Origin: Octopus vulgaris
Taxonomy: Eukaryota
Length of the DNA stretch: 64,000 nucleotides
Reading direction: 5' to 3'
Assembly: GCA_951406725.2 (NCBI GenBank)
Contig: OX597824.1
Coordinates: 10,044,001 to 10,108,000, forward strand
Position numbers and translations under genes: made by a program. The notes under the pieces were generated by a model that saw only the letters and a list, made by a program, of their open reading frames with translations, did no database searches and was not told where the DNA came from. This document shows positions 24,001 through 36,300 of the stretch, piece by piece (the stretch's first letter is position 1; every line of letters starts with the position of its first letter).

Positions 24001-24548
24001 AAAATTTTTGTTACTTTTACTGTTTACACATCATCATCATCATCTAACGTTCGCTTTCCATGCTGGCATGAATTGGATAGTTTGAATGAGTACTGGTGAG
24101 CCAGAGGCTGGACCTGGCTCAATCTGATCTGGCAAAGTTTCTACAGCTGGATGCCCTTCCTAATGCCAACCACTCCAAGAGAGAGTGTAGTGGGTGCTTT
24201 TACATGCCACTAGCATGAGGGCCAGTCAAGTGGTTTCTGGCAATGACCACGCTCAAAAGGTGTTTTTACATGCTACCTGCACAGGAGCCAGTCCAGCGGC
24301 ACTGGCAACTACCACACTCGAACGTTGTTTTTCATGTGCCGGTGACAACGATCACGCTTGAATGGTGCTTTTCACGCGTCACTGGCGTGGGAGCCAATCC
24401 ATGGCCCTGGTAACATGCCTTCATGTAATCCCACACCATATTACATTGTATATTGTGTTGTCCTGTACTGTCCTTGACCTGTTTGTAAACCCTTAGTGGT
24501 TAATAAAGAAACAACAATAATAATTTTTTTCTTCTTTTTTTTTTACAG

Positions 24549-24737
24549 GCCTATGGTGAGGTATTTGTCAACAAGGTTCTTCAGAAACACCTTTCAGCTA
24601 AATCTCACTTCTCTCGTCTTCCTTGGTTGGAGAGACAGATCAACCAACCAAAAGATCTGGGACTGTTAGTCTCCCAGAAAAGAGATGGCAGATACTTATC
24701 AAAGAATACTTCATGTAACTTATTCCCTTCAGGCTAA
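24549..24737 (+). CDS. IQUB: IQUB terminal coding exon (AYGEVFVNKVLQKHLSAKSHFSRLP...FPSG*)
   Basis: Long T tract + ACAG acceptor, stop TAA at 24735-24737; KHxxAKxxFS motif of the IQUB C-terminus. Missed by the ORF track (no ATG). Confidence 0.88.
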   Translation, partial: AYGEVFVNKVLQKHLSAKSHFSRLPWLERQINQPKDLGLLVSQKRDGRYLSKNTSCNLFPSG

Positions 24738-24753
24738 TGAAAGGATAGTGGCA

Positions 24754-24782
24754 AATAAAACTGTTTTGAATGTGTGAATAAA
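24754..24782 (+). terminator. IQUB polyadenylation signals (AATAAA at 24754 and 24777)
   Basis: Two AATAAA hexamers just after the stop codon, followed by a T-rich tract. Confidence 0.55.
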
Positions 24783-25095
24783 CGTCTATACATATTTCGT
24801 GATGATAAAATAAGTCTTTTTTTTATATACGAGGGTAATCCCGAAAGTAAGGTCTCCAAAAATGTTTAGAAATCACAGAAATGCTTATTCTCTTTTCACT
24901 TGTTTCAGTCATTTTGACTGCGGCCATGCTGGAGCACTGCCTTTAATTGAGCAACTCGACCCCGGGACTTATTCTTTGTAAGCCCAGTACTTATTCTATC
25001 GGCCTCTTTTGCCGAACCGCTAAGTAACGGGGACATAAACACACAGCATCGGTTGTCAATGCTACGGGACAAACACAGACACACAAACATACACG

Positions 25096-25135
<40 letters not shown>

Positions 25136-25749
25136 TGGCTTCTTTCAGTTTCCCTCTACCAAATCCACTCACAAGGCTTTGGTCGGCCCGAGGCTATAGT
25201 AGAAGACACTTGCCCAAGGTGCCATGCAGTGGGACTGAACCCGTAACCATGTGGTTGGTAGACAAGCTACTTACCACACAGCCACATTATTGTTAATGAT
25301 GTTTACATCATTTTAAGGTTTGAGCATTTTTCTATTTTCGTGGCTGTGTGGTAAGTAGCTTGTCTACCAACCACATGGTTACGGGTTCAGTCCCACTGCA
25401 TGGCACCTTGGGCAAGTGTCTTCTACTATAGCCCCGGGCCGACCAAAGCCTTATGAGTGGATTTGGTAGATGGAAACTGAAAGAAGCCCGTCGTATATAT
25501 GTATATATATATATGCATGTGTGTGTTTGTGTGTCTGTGTTTGTCCCCCTAGTATTGCTTGACAACCGATGCTGGTGTGTTTATGTCCCCGTTACTTAGC
25601 GGTTCGGCAAAAGAGACCGATAGAATAAGTACTGGGCTTACAAAAGAATAAGTCCCGGGGTCAAGTTACTCGATTAAAAAGGCGGTGCTCCAGCATGGCC
25701 CCAGTCAAATGACTGAAACAAGTAAAACAGTAAAAGAGTAATCACTATT

Positions 25750-26345
25750 TCAGTCGATGCATTTTTGTAGGTGCTGGGGCAGTTTTTGTATGCTCATGTC
25801 ATACCAGCTCACTGCCATGTCATTGAGGAAGTGTTGTACCTTGTCTTTCATCTGGTCATTGTTGTTGAAGCATGTCCCAGCCAAATGTTCTTTCAGCTTA
25901 AGGAACAGGTGGTTGTCATTGGGTGCCAAGTCCAGACTATAAGGTGAGTTGCCGTTTATGGTCTTCTGTGGGACCCATTTTGCGCACACCTTCCAATATT
26001 GCAAATTTTCTCTCAAAACCCTATGAATGGTGCTTTAGGAAACATTAGGAACTAAAATGCAGAGATCATCCAGAGTGATCCACCGATTTTCATGCAGAAT
26101 TTGCCCAATCTTTGCAACTGTCTCATTGGAAGTTGATGGTTGACTGCTTTTCTTCGTCATGAATTTCAGTACCACCAGCTGCAAACTCCCTACACCATTT
26201 GCAGACGTTTTTGACATCTGTGCACAACTTGCCATACACTTTTTGGCAATGAATTTCAATCAGTTTAATGCCTTTTGCATTCAAAAACCGAATAAGTGCA
26301 CAAACTTCACACTTGGCGGTAGCGTCAGTCAGGAGCTCCACCAGA
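25750..26345 (-). pseudogene. Mariner transposase pseudogene (frameshifted, catalytic domain deleted)
   Basis: HTH region (IRFLNAKG...EIH...VYG), then the WVP motif joined almost directly to SPYSLDLAPNDNHLF (YSPDLAPxD). Confidence 0.85.
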
Positions 26346-26467
26346 TATGACTACGAAGCCAAAACTGAGCATGGCAGCGATGCACATGCACAACAAACAC
26401 AACAGTGCTGCCAATAGCTGCCTGCAGTTTCCCTGCATGCCCAGCACTTTGGAGACCTTGCTCATGG

Positions 26468-26791
26468 TGTGGGATGACTTCAGCAGCTGGGGAGCTGACT
26501 GGAACTTGGGGCTGACCAGAAGGGGCAGCAGTGACGCGTGCGCAGGTAGGGCAGGATTCTGCCTTTCGATGCAGATCGCCAAGCAAGTAAGACGGGAGTC
26601 AGCACGTTGTTAAGGTTGGGAGAAGCAGCTGCTATTTCTAGCGTTCGGGTCGGGCTATTTTGAAGGATCCATTACTGCTGAAGGGTCTCCATCTGAGCGA
26701 AGAGAAGGTAGGTGCCTTTATGCCCTACCTGTGCGTGCGCGTCTCTGCTGCCCCTTCCAGTCAGCTCCCCAGCTGCTGACGTCATCCCACA
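26468..26791. mobile_element. 324-bp TGT...ACA MITE with ~70-bp TIRs and 5-bp TSD CATGG (Ginger-like?)
   Basis: TIR TGTGGGATGAC(T/G)TCAGCAGCTGGGGAGCTGACTGGAA...; CATGG at 26463-26467 and 26792-26796. Confidence 0.8.
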
Positions 26792-28236
26792 CATGGGATT
26801 ACCCTCATGTAATTTTTTTTTTTTCAAGCTCTAAGATTCATATATCTGGTAACCTGGTTTCTTTGGTGCATAAGTTACAGAAATCACAAACATTCCCCCT
26901 GAACCGGTCACCAGTCTGTTGCAAGGTTCAGGGCCCGCATTTTTGAGGAGAGGGGACAAGTTGATTACATTGACTCCAGTATAAGACTGGTATTTTACTT
27001 CAGCTATCCCGAAGGGATGAAAGGCAAAGTTGACCTTGGTGTAATTTGAACTCAGAATGTAAAGAGCCGGAAGAAATGCTGCAAAGCACTTTGTCCATTA
27101 TGCTAATGGTTCTGCCAGCTTGTTTGCCTTAATAAATGTAATTAATGCTTTCTAACTCAGACACAAGGCCAATAGGTTTTGGTCAATACCTTCAATCCAG
27201 TTTTTGACTGGTACCTTATCTTACTAATCCTAGAGGGATGAAATGCAAATTTGACCTCAAAATGTAAAGACCAAGTTGGATCTAATATTACATGGCATTT
27301 TTCCAAATGCTCTAAAAAGCTACTGCTCTAGATAGTTCTAACACAAGCAAAAGCCTTTCCTCTTATACACATCTGATTCCCCTTATAACCATCATTCTCT
27401 CAGCTCTTTTGTTACACACACTAAGCTTACACATCCAAGAGCATACTCACCTCACTTCTTTCTAGCCTTTACTCATCCTCCACTTGCACTGCCCATGTTT
27501 CACTAGCATGTAATAATATGCATTATGTACACGTATCACACAGTTTGGTCTTCACTCAGAAAGAGAACTTCTTTGTTTGCCAACAAAGGTAAAAGCACCC
27601 TAAATATTTTTCCATCTTGTTCTTACTTCACAGCTAACTAGTTGTGCCTGTCTCTATGTTGCCAGGTAACAATGTGGTCAAGATGTAACACATTTTTCAA
27701 CATAGGCGTAGAAGTGGCAGTGCGGTAAGTAGCTTGCTTATGAACCACATGGTTCAGGGTTCAGTCCCACTGCGTGGTACCTTGACCAAGTGTCTTGTAC
27801 TATAGCCTCGGGCTAACCAAAGCCTTGTGAGTGGATTTGGTAGATAGAAACTGAAAGAAGTCCATCGTATATATATGTATGTGTGTGTGTGTGTCTACAT
27901 GTTTGTGTGTGTGCGTATATGTTTGTTCCCCCAACATTGCTTGACAACCGGTGTGTTTACGCCCCCATAACTTAGCGGTTCGGCAAAAGAGGCCGATAGA
28001 ATAAGTACTAGGCTTACAAAGAATAAGTGGCATCAGCCACATTCAAATGGTGTTTTTACATGCTACCTGCACAACAGCCAGTCCAGTGGCACTGGCAACG
28101 ACCTCGCCCAAAAGCTTTTTTCATGTGCCACCGGCACAAGTACCAGTAAGGCGACGCTGGTAACGATCACACTCGAATGGTGCTTTTTACGTGCCACCAG
28201 CATGGAAGCCAGTTTGCTGCTCTGGCAACGATCAAC

Positions 28237-28550
28237 CACTAGGGTGTGGCACTTTTTCACACAGCTATCCTCATCCATTCTCGCCACATGACCATACCAG
28301 CACAGTCGTCTCTCTTGCACACCACAACTGATGCTTCTTAGGTCCAACTTTTCTCTCAAGGTACTTACACTCTGTCGAGTATGCACACTGACATTACACA
28401 TCCATCGGAGCATACTGGCTTCATTCCTCGTGAGCTTATGCATGTCCTCAGCAGTCACGGCCCATGTTTCACTACCATGTAGCATGGCTGTTCATACACA
28501 TGCCTCATACAGTCTACCTTTTACTCTGAGCGAGAGGCCCTTTGCCACCT
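28237..28550 (-). mobile_element. RTE (BovB-like) LINE RT C-terminal fragment
   Basis: MLHGSETWA...EASMLRWM...RRLCWYGHVARM. Older copies at 27340-27690 and 58740-59260. Confidence 0.85.
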
Positions 28551-29749
28551 TCTAATTCAATGAATGTTATGTACAATGACTTACTCTTAACTGAGAAAGT
28601 CTGTAATTGTCTAAGAGGGCATTGGTGGTGCCAAACCCAAGCTTCACCCCATCAAATTATCTCTAAATAGTAAAAACAAAATACAAACACAAATTTAAAA
28701 TTCTTTTTTATATAATTTCCATATTTTTTTTCTATGGGTTGGATATATCTGCAAATTCAGATCATTTGTAAAAGTTCTTGCAACATGTGCTTTAAGACTG
28801 TAACATGGCCTTCTTAACAGCAGCCATTCAAGCATATAGTAGTGGAGTCAGTAGCATTTCTTTATAAGCTTGGCAAATAAAAGTGAGTTGAGGGCACAAC
28901 AAAGTGCCTGCAGTAAAGTTTGAACTCGTAATCTTTACATCTGTAGCTTGGTTTGCTAGCGTTAGCAACATGTCTCTAAAAGTGTAATAAATAATTAAAT
29001 ATTTGTCGTTTCCAATATAGAGAGGAATTAGATTTTTCAGTTCTGATGTTGTTATCAAATTGGATGATTTGAGAGATAAATCTAAGTTGTCCCTTCTGTT
29101 TCTTCACCAGAACCAATGTCAAAGCAGCGCCATACAGAATACAATTCTGAGATGGTGCTAAGCTAAGATTTAAAAAAAAAAATTATGGAAAAGCTCATGT
29201 CTAAATGCTTAATAAATAAACATTTTGATATTTATGTTTTCCATAAAAAAAAAAAAAAATCAACAGTTCTACAAATTAACAGGAATTGCAGGAGAAAATG
29301 TTCTTAGAGATACCTGTAATTGATTATCAACTGCATTGTCACAGAAAGTCATTACCAACAGATTAGGCCAGTGATTGAAATTATGACTTCATACGACTTT
29401 TTCAGTCATCACACCTCATTGCTTTACATATATATGTATGCATGCATGTGTGTATATACATGTGTGTGTGTATATATATATATAACATCAGTGGATCATA
29501 TATATGAAAAAGAAGCATGCATTAACTAAGTGGTGTCTCATGATAGAACATGTACTTCAATGGCCTTTAAAGAAATATAAGGCAGCATTAAAACAATTAT
29601 AAGGTATTGCTTCGTTAAGAAAAATAATACTGAATCAGCTTTCTGCATCTATATACTAAATATATTAAATACTTCCTTAACATATGATTGAGATATATAA
29701 CAAATATACATACATACATACGTGTATACATATATATATATATATACAT

Positions 29750-30153
29750 ACAATTACAGTGTACATTTAAACACACAAGAGGCATCCATCATAGGACTCC
29801 TTGCATGCTAGAGAGGACAGTTAAATTCCACACCACTATTAGGGATAAAACTTTGAAGGGGATGAAAAATAAAAACATTTACCATCTAACTCCTGGACCA
29901 ATGGTTTCAGACTTTGTTTAGCAAATAATATACTGGATTACCTCATGTATATATATTTAATCTAAGATGTACATGTTGAAGAATACTTAGCAAATTATTT
30001 TATTTGCTAAAAAAAGTCTGAAACCATTGGTCCAGAAGTTAGATGGTAAATGTTTTTATTTTTCATTCCCTTCAAAACTTTATCCCTAATAGTGGTTTGG
30101 AATTTAACTGTCCTCTCTAGCATGCCTCTTATGTGTTTAAACGTACACTGTAT
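29750..30153. repeat. Long inverted repeat (arms about 155-175 bp, spacer about 73 bp) flanked by (TA)n
   Basis: 29750-29927 is the reverse complement of 30001-30153 apart from a ~20-bp indel and scattered substitutions. Confidence 0.9.
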
Positions 30154-30242
30154 TTATATGAATAATATATTATATAAATTTTTACACGCTAGGCCACTGG
30201 TAATGGAAATTTCTAATATTTCAGATTACACCTTTGATATTA

Positions 30243-30288
<46 letters not shown>

Positions 30289-30925
30289 AATGAAGGTGAT
30301 TTTCCTTTAGGTGATGACCATTTCTATGAGAATGGTTGTTTACTATGTTAATAAATAATAAACAAGCATTGTTGTGGAAACAATCATCATTCGTTATCCA
30401 TTTGATATTATCATTTCCTTTGAGATAAATACAATTGGTTGTTATATAATCAATCCATGGGTATCCAGAGTGCTTAAGTATCATTAATTAACTGATTAAT
30501 GATACGCTTGGTTGGTTGATGAATGAGGTGTACTGGTGCGTACTTGGTGTGTGCATCTGTTTGATCTATCAGCCATAGAAGTGCATGAAATGCTAGGTGA
30601 TGGCCTGGACTGGAACGATCCCTACTGTTTTGATAAATGCATATTTACATGCATGTTGGTGTGCATTCCAGTGTTTGCACGTATTCTCCTGCATAACCTG
30701 CATGTATCCTCCAACTGTTGATCGTATGATAAATACTGAGTTTTTTGATTATCAGGTTATTTCACAGAGTAACCGTCAAGTGGGGTTATTCATCATCATC
30801 ATCATCATCACCATCATCATTTATTATTATTATTGTTGTTGTTGTCGTTATTATGTTTTCTTGATCAATTGTTCCATATGACAAGTGGATGGTCACTGCT
30901 CAAAGCTTTCTTCTAAAACATTGAC

Positions 30926-30989
30926 TCAGAATGTTCCACTGTTCAAAGAAGATTTCTGGAATGCACCAATACTTTCCAATATGAAACTT
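30926..30989 (-). CDS. BABAM2: BABAM2 last coding exon (KSFILESIGAFQKSSLNSGTF*)
   Basis: TTACAG acceptor, TGA stop at 30928-30926, 64 nt. Confidence 0.88.
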
Positions 30990-31333
30990 CTGTAACAGAA
31001 GAGAGAGAGAGAGAAATAAAATTTTAAAGTTTTTTAGGAATTAGATGAAATACAGGAATGGGTATTGATTTACATACACATACACATAAATATTATATAG
31101 CTTGAGCCAACACAGGAGCTCCTACTGAGTAACTTTGTCAACTAGAAATGGAAGCTAAATTTTTCTCAGGTCACACTTTATAATTTTAAAAGAAAAGGCC
31201 AACTGACATCTTGTGAGTATATTTGGTGGTTAGAAACTGTGTGAAAGCTTATCAGGGATGTGCAGTCTAGGTAGGCATCTGAAACTCGGAGTTTTATCAT
31301 GGCTACCTAATAATTGTCACATATTACATTTAC

Positions 31334-31373
<40 letters not shown>

Positions 31374-31850
31374 TATATCTATCTATCTATATATATATAT
31401 TACATATATATATGTGTATGATATATATATATATATATATATATATTACATAAATGTATATGTGTGCCTTTGTGTTTACCCCCACCCTTTATAACCAGAG
31501 CTGGTATGTTTGCATCCCCGTAGCACAGTGGTTCAGCAAATGCTATCAATAGAATAAATACCAGGCTTAAAAATAAATACTGGTGCAAATTCATTCAAAT
31601 GAACTCAAGATGATGCTCCAGCATGGTCACGGTGCAATGACAAACAATAAAAAGATAAAAGACACAGCCATGCCTGATTCTGTATTGAACAATCTGATAT
31701 CGAAATAAAAGTCAATCTTGCTAAACTGCATGCCAGTTTTTAATATCAGATGTTAAAAGAATAATTTGAATTGGAAAATGGTTACATTGCCTTTTTCAAT
31801 TCATAGACTAATTTTATTCGTTACCAAAGTAATTAATTTGTTTCTCTTAC

Positions 31851-32001
31851 TTTGCACGTTCAGCCATTTCGTTTCCGCTCCACCGTGGACTGTACGGGTA
31901 GTCTTTTTTTGTTTCTGTATATGGTCGTCCTTTTGATTCATGGTAGATGGACTGGAATGTGAAAACGGGTGCCTCGCGAGGAAAGTACAAAGATAGCTCA
32001 G
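31851..32001 (-). CDS. BABAM2: BABAM2 exon 10 (AELSLYFPREAPVFTFQSIYH...YPYSPRWSGNEMAERA)
   Basis: CTGCAG / GTAAGA, 151 nt. Confidence 0.95.
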
Positions 32002-33843
32002 CTGCAGAGAGAAAGATATAAAGAGATGGGAGTCTGCTGATATGCGATCAAATTAAAAAGAGAGAGAGAGAGAGAGAGACAAAGGGGAGAGTGTGTGTTT
32101 ATTATTGGCAAATTCCAGGAAGCATGGAGGTTTGAAAGGATTCAATGTCTCAGCAACTAACAACTGAGTGGAGGCACAATGGCCCAGTGGTTAGGGCAGC
32201 GGACTCACGGTGGTAAGAACACAGTTTTGATTCCCAGACCGGACATTGTGAGTGTTTATTGAGCAAAAAAATACCTAAGCTCCACGAGGCTCCGGCAGTA
32301 GGGGTGAACCCCGCTGTACTCTTTCACCACAACTTTCTCTCACTCTTTCTTCCTACTTCTTCCACAAAGCAGAGGAACCATGGTGTAACCCACAATGGTG
32401 TGGTAAACTTTCAGACCCTAGTCTAGATTGTGAATCCTCTGTACCCCAGGATGGTTCAGCTCTCCACCCGTTAAAATCTACCATTTACGGAATGAGGATA
32501 ACAACATAGCTTTCGCGCCCGTGCAACCACCAGTCTATCACATGTGGTGGGTGGATCTTCAAGTTGCCACACGCATTCTTAGTAGCTTAGAGTAGGCTTG
32601 AATTAGAGATTATTCTTTGTGGCTAATGGCGTGAGTCCTGATCGGAAGAAAAAGAAGACTAACAACTGATGCAGATAACTTATTCCATGCCTTGGCAACT
32701 CTGAGTGTAAAAAAATGTTGCCAAAAGTCATGGAAGCTGTACTGTTTTCTGACTTTGTAGGCATACCTACATGTGTGTTAGACACATGGAGCTCAAAAAG
32801 GAGTTCAATACTGATATATTCTTCATTGAATTGACATTGTAATTGCTTTAAAAATTTGTTCCAGAATTGTCCAGAGAAATACCATTATCACTGGTATGTA
32901 AATTTATATCCTATAAAATTGTAACACAAAGTTCTCAGCCCTTTAGCCACTCTGCTGCTCCTGTTAAATATTCGCAATATATATATATATCACCGTGATC
33001 ACTGTGCAGATCAGGCTATCAGATGTTGCTACACATCGCTGGTCACAGTGCGCTTCGTATTGTTTTAGCCTTCAAATGACGCCACCCCGCTGGCTAAGCA
33101 AGCAGGCCAACAGAAGAAAGAGAGAAAGTTGTGGTGAAAGAGTACAGCAGGGATCGCTACCAACCCCTGCTGGAGCCTCATGGGGCTTTAGGTGTTTTCG
33201 CTCAATAAACACTCACAAATCCCGGTCTGGTAATCGAAACGGAGTGGTTGGTGTTAGGAAGGGCATCCAGCTGTAGAAACTCTGCCTGATCAAAATTGGA
33301 GCCTGGTGCAGCCATCTGGTTCGCTAGTCCTCAGTCAAATCGTCCAACCCATGCTAGCATGGAAAGCGGACATTAAACGATGATGAGGAGGAGGACATGC
33401 CTACCTCTCTAGCTCTAGTGATGGTGCCACAAAAAAAATGTAAGCTTATAGAGGCCCTTTAGTTTTGTCAAGGATATGACACCACTCTAGTGTTGGTGCC
33501 ATAATAAAAAACACCCAGTACACTCTGAAGAGTGGTTGGTGTTACAAACCTTGCTTCTACAACCAGCAGTAGGAGCACGGTTTCAAAGTAGTGGTTGAAG
33601 AGTGGAAGTAGTTGTGCAAATGGAAATAATGGAAGGATGTGAATTGAGATGTCATACATGTATGTGGAAGGTTTGTTTGTGGGAGAAGTGTTGCTCATCT
33701 CTCCTGAATGAGTATTCTTTTATATGTTAAAGCCTTGAGGTTGTGGCCATACTGGAGCACCACCAGTTTGGCTATTCTCAAGGAATATCAGATGATGCTG
33801 AAATTGTAAAAAGATACATCTTGAAAAAAATGATGTGGCTTAC

Positions 33844-33926
33844 CTTCAAAAATGAAAAAGAAATCATTCCATTCAAAAAGAAATGAAATTCGGGAGAACC
33901 CTTCAGCATCATATTCTATTAAAGAT
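33844..33926 (-). CDS. BABAM2: BABAM2 exon 9 (RSLIEYDAEGFSRISFLFEWNDFFFIFE)
   Basis: TTACAG / GTAAGC, 83 nt. Confidence 0.94.
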
Positions 33927-34913
33927 CTGTAAAATACAAAAAGTGAGGACAAATTATTTTTGCAGCCTGAAGAAGTTGGGCCTCCATTATGTTCCATAAA
34001 ACTATAGATCTGTGCCTGGAAAGTTCTGCTCTAAAGCACTGGCTGGGACAAGGTTCTCTTTTTTCATACAAGACCCAATGAACCCTATCTAATAGTTACA
34101 AGGAAGTCTTTATTAGTTTCGTTTTTGGGATTTGGTTTGCAAGATTCTTTATGTGAGTTCGTGTGTTGAAGCATATTCTGTTGTGTCTGGGGAGAGTCAT
34201 TTTCTTTTTGTGCCTTATAATTTAACACACTCACCTCATGTGGCCCATTTCTTGAAAATGGTTGCCCATGCCTGTCTTAGATCATAGTTCTGTTAGATCA
34301 GGGACTAAGCAACAAAAAATTATAGTAATATAGATTGTATCCACACCACTAAATACTCAATTTAAAAGATTAAATGACTGGTAAAAATACAAGTCAAAAC
34401 ACTTGTCTCATATGTAACATAATAATCCTTTCTTGTTTTGGCACAAGGCCAGAAATTTTGAAGGGTGGGAAAGTTGATCATATTGACCCCAGTGTTCAAC
34501 TGGTTCTTATTTTATTGACCCCAAAAGGATGAAAAGCAAAGCTGACCTCGGCGGAATTTGAACTCAGAATGTAATGATGGATATGAAATGCCACTAAGCA
34601 TTTTGTCTGGTGTGCTAATGATTCTGCCAGCTCGTCCCCTTTGTTACATAATAACGGTCGCAAATTTTGACACAAAGTCAGCAGGTTTGTGGGGAAATGG
34701 CTAAGGTCAATTAAATCAACCCCAGTGTTCAACTAGTACTTGTTTTATCGACCGTGAAAGGATGAAAAGCAAAGTCAACCTCAGCAGAATTTGAACTCAG
34801 ACCGTAAAGTTGGAAGAAATGCTACTAAAGATTTTGTCAGGTGCAGTTCACTGCCATTTCACTGCTTTTGTCTGTTACATAATAATGAAGAACGGTAAGA
34901 AAAGCCAACATAC

Positions 34914-34984
34914 CTTGCAAAATGACTTAAGAAAGAAGCTATATATTCTTTCCTTTTCTCATAACTTTGTACAACTTGTTCCAC
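34914..34984 (-). CDS. BABAM2: BABAM2 exon 8 (VEQVVQSYEKRKEYIASFLSHFA)
   Basis: TTTCAG / GTATGT, 71 nt. Confidence 0.93.
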
Positions 34985-36200
34985 CTGAAACATAACCAAA
35001 CATCTCATTACTATTTTTAGGATGTCAATACTACACCAGTTCAAATACTCAACTTTTGTTTCAATTAATTTTGAAAATTATGAAGAATTTAGTAATGTCA
35101 TTCTGTCATTATTAAACTGGGAGATAAATTAACATGAAATTTAGGTGGAGGGTTTTGAGTTGGATTCATTAAAACATGATGTTTGTATTGTAGAACCAGG
35201 AGCAATCTAGAGCATGTTGGTATCAAAATGGCTATTAAATTTGATGGCATATAAGACACTTTTTTCCCCACCAACATGCCTCTAAAAGTCATCCTGGGTC
35301 ACATATGTAAAGTTAAATCTCTCATGAATTAATTTTGTCCCTGAAACTAACTTTTCCTAAATATGTTCAGCTGAAATTGGAGTGCACCTAGCAGGCCAAC
35401 AAATACAGTAAGAAGAACTTGCTTTCTTCTTCCTGTCTATACAAATCTAAGGTTTTATTTTAGGATAATACCAACAATAAAATTATGTGTGAGCTAATAC
35501 AAAGCATTAGATTTTCCTTGAGTTTAATAGCACCATTAAATGTATCTAAAAGTAATACAATCATTATACTTAACTATGGGTTAATATAACATTAGATTTA
35601 CCAATGGAATAATATGTGGAGGCACAATGGCCCAGTGCTTAGGGCAGTGGACTCACGGTCGGAGGATCGTCGTTTCGATTCCCAGACCAGGCATTGTGTG
35701 TTTATTGAGCGAAAACACCTAAAAGCTCCACAGGGGCTCCGGCAGGGGCTGGTGGCGACCCCTGTTGTACTCTTTCACCACAACTTTCTCTCACTCTTTC
35801 TTCCTGTTTCTTGAGTAATGCTGTGATGGACTGGCGTCCTGTCCAGCTGGGGGGAACACATACGCCACAGAAACCGGGAAACTGAGCCCATGAGCCTGGC
35901 TAGTCTTGAAAAGAGCGACGAAGAGACGAAGATGGGATAATACAGACTTATATTTACCTTGGACTACTACTAACACTAAGTTTATGTATAGACTAATATT
36001 AGTATTAGGTCTATATGTAAGATATCAATATTAGGTTTATCTGTGGGTTAATACTAACATTATATTTTCTCATGTGTTCCTACCAACATATTTATGGGCT
36101 AACACTAGCCTGAGTTTTGTGTTATTTAATGCAAACTTAAGTTAAAACAAAGATTATGTTTGCAAAGAGACTGTAAGTTTACAAATATATTAATATTTAC

Positions 36201-36300
36201 CTTATTTTTTAACAGCTGGTTTACCTTTGGTACATAGTCAATGAGAACACCTCCATTTGGAAATGGTGGGATTCTCAGGTTGGCTGAACCTCCCAAAGCG
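36201..36300 (-). CDS. BABAM2: BABAM2 exon 7 ([34 protein letters not shown])
   Basis: ACCAG / GTAAAT, 100 nt. Confidence 0.94.

Larger units (their letters stand above)
411..24737 (+). other. IQUB: IQUB gene span (IQ motif and ubiquitin-like domain protein, motile-cilium radial spoke/FAP253 family); 5' end lies upstream of the window
   Basis: Exons join in frame with canonical AG/GT and matching phases: 6617-6751, 8205-8366, 9668-9999, 12049-12259, 13652-13827, 15396-15569, 18586-18765, 20103-20345, 22852-23037, 24549-24737. Diagnostic motifs: KPFLGGFRHK, STQMTKIGCYVS, IQ-like VIILQTYIRR, TGAERKAAL, TIRARELQ, GLRKRIATLF, WTPWNC. Confidence 0.93.
24830..26809 (-). mobile_element. Defective mariner transposon with nested insertions
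   Basis: TA|CGAGGGTAATCCCGAAAGTAAGGTCTCC TIR at 24830-24857. The partner TIR is split into 26451-26467 and 26797-26809|TA. Confidence 0.82.
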
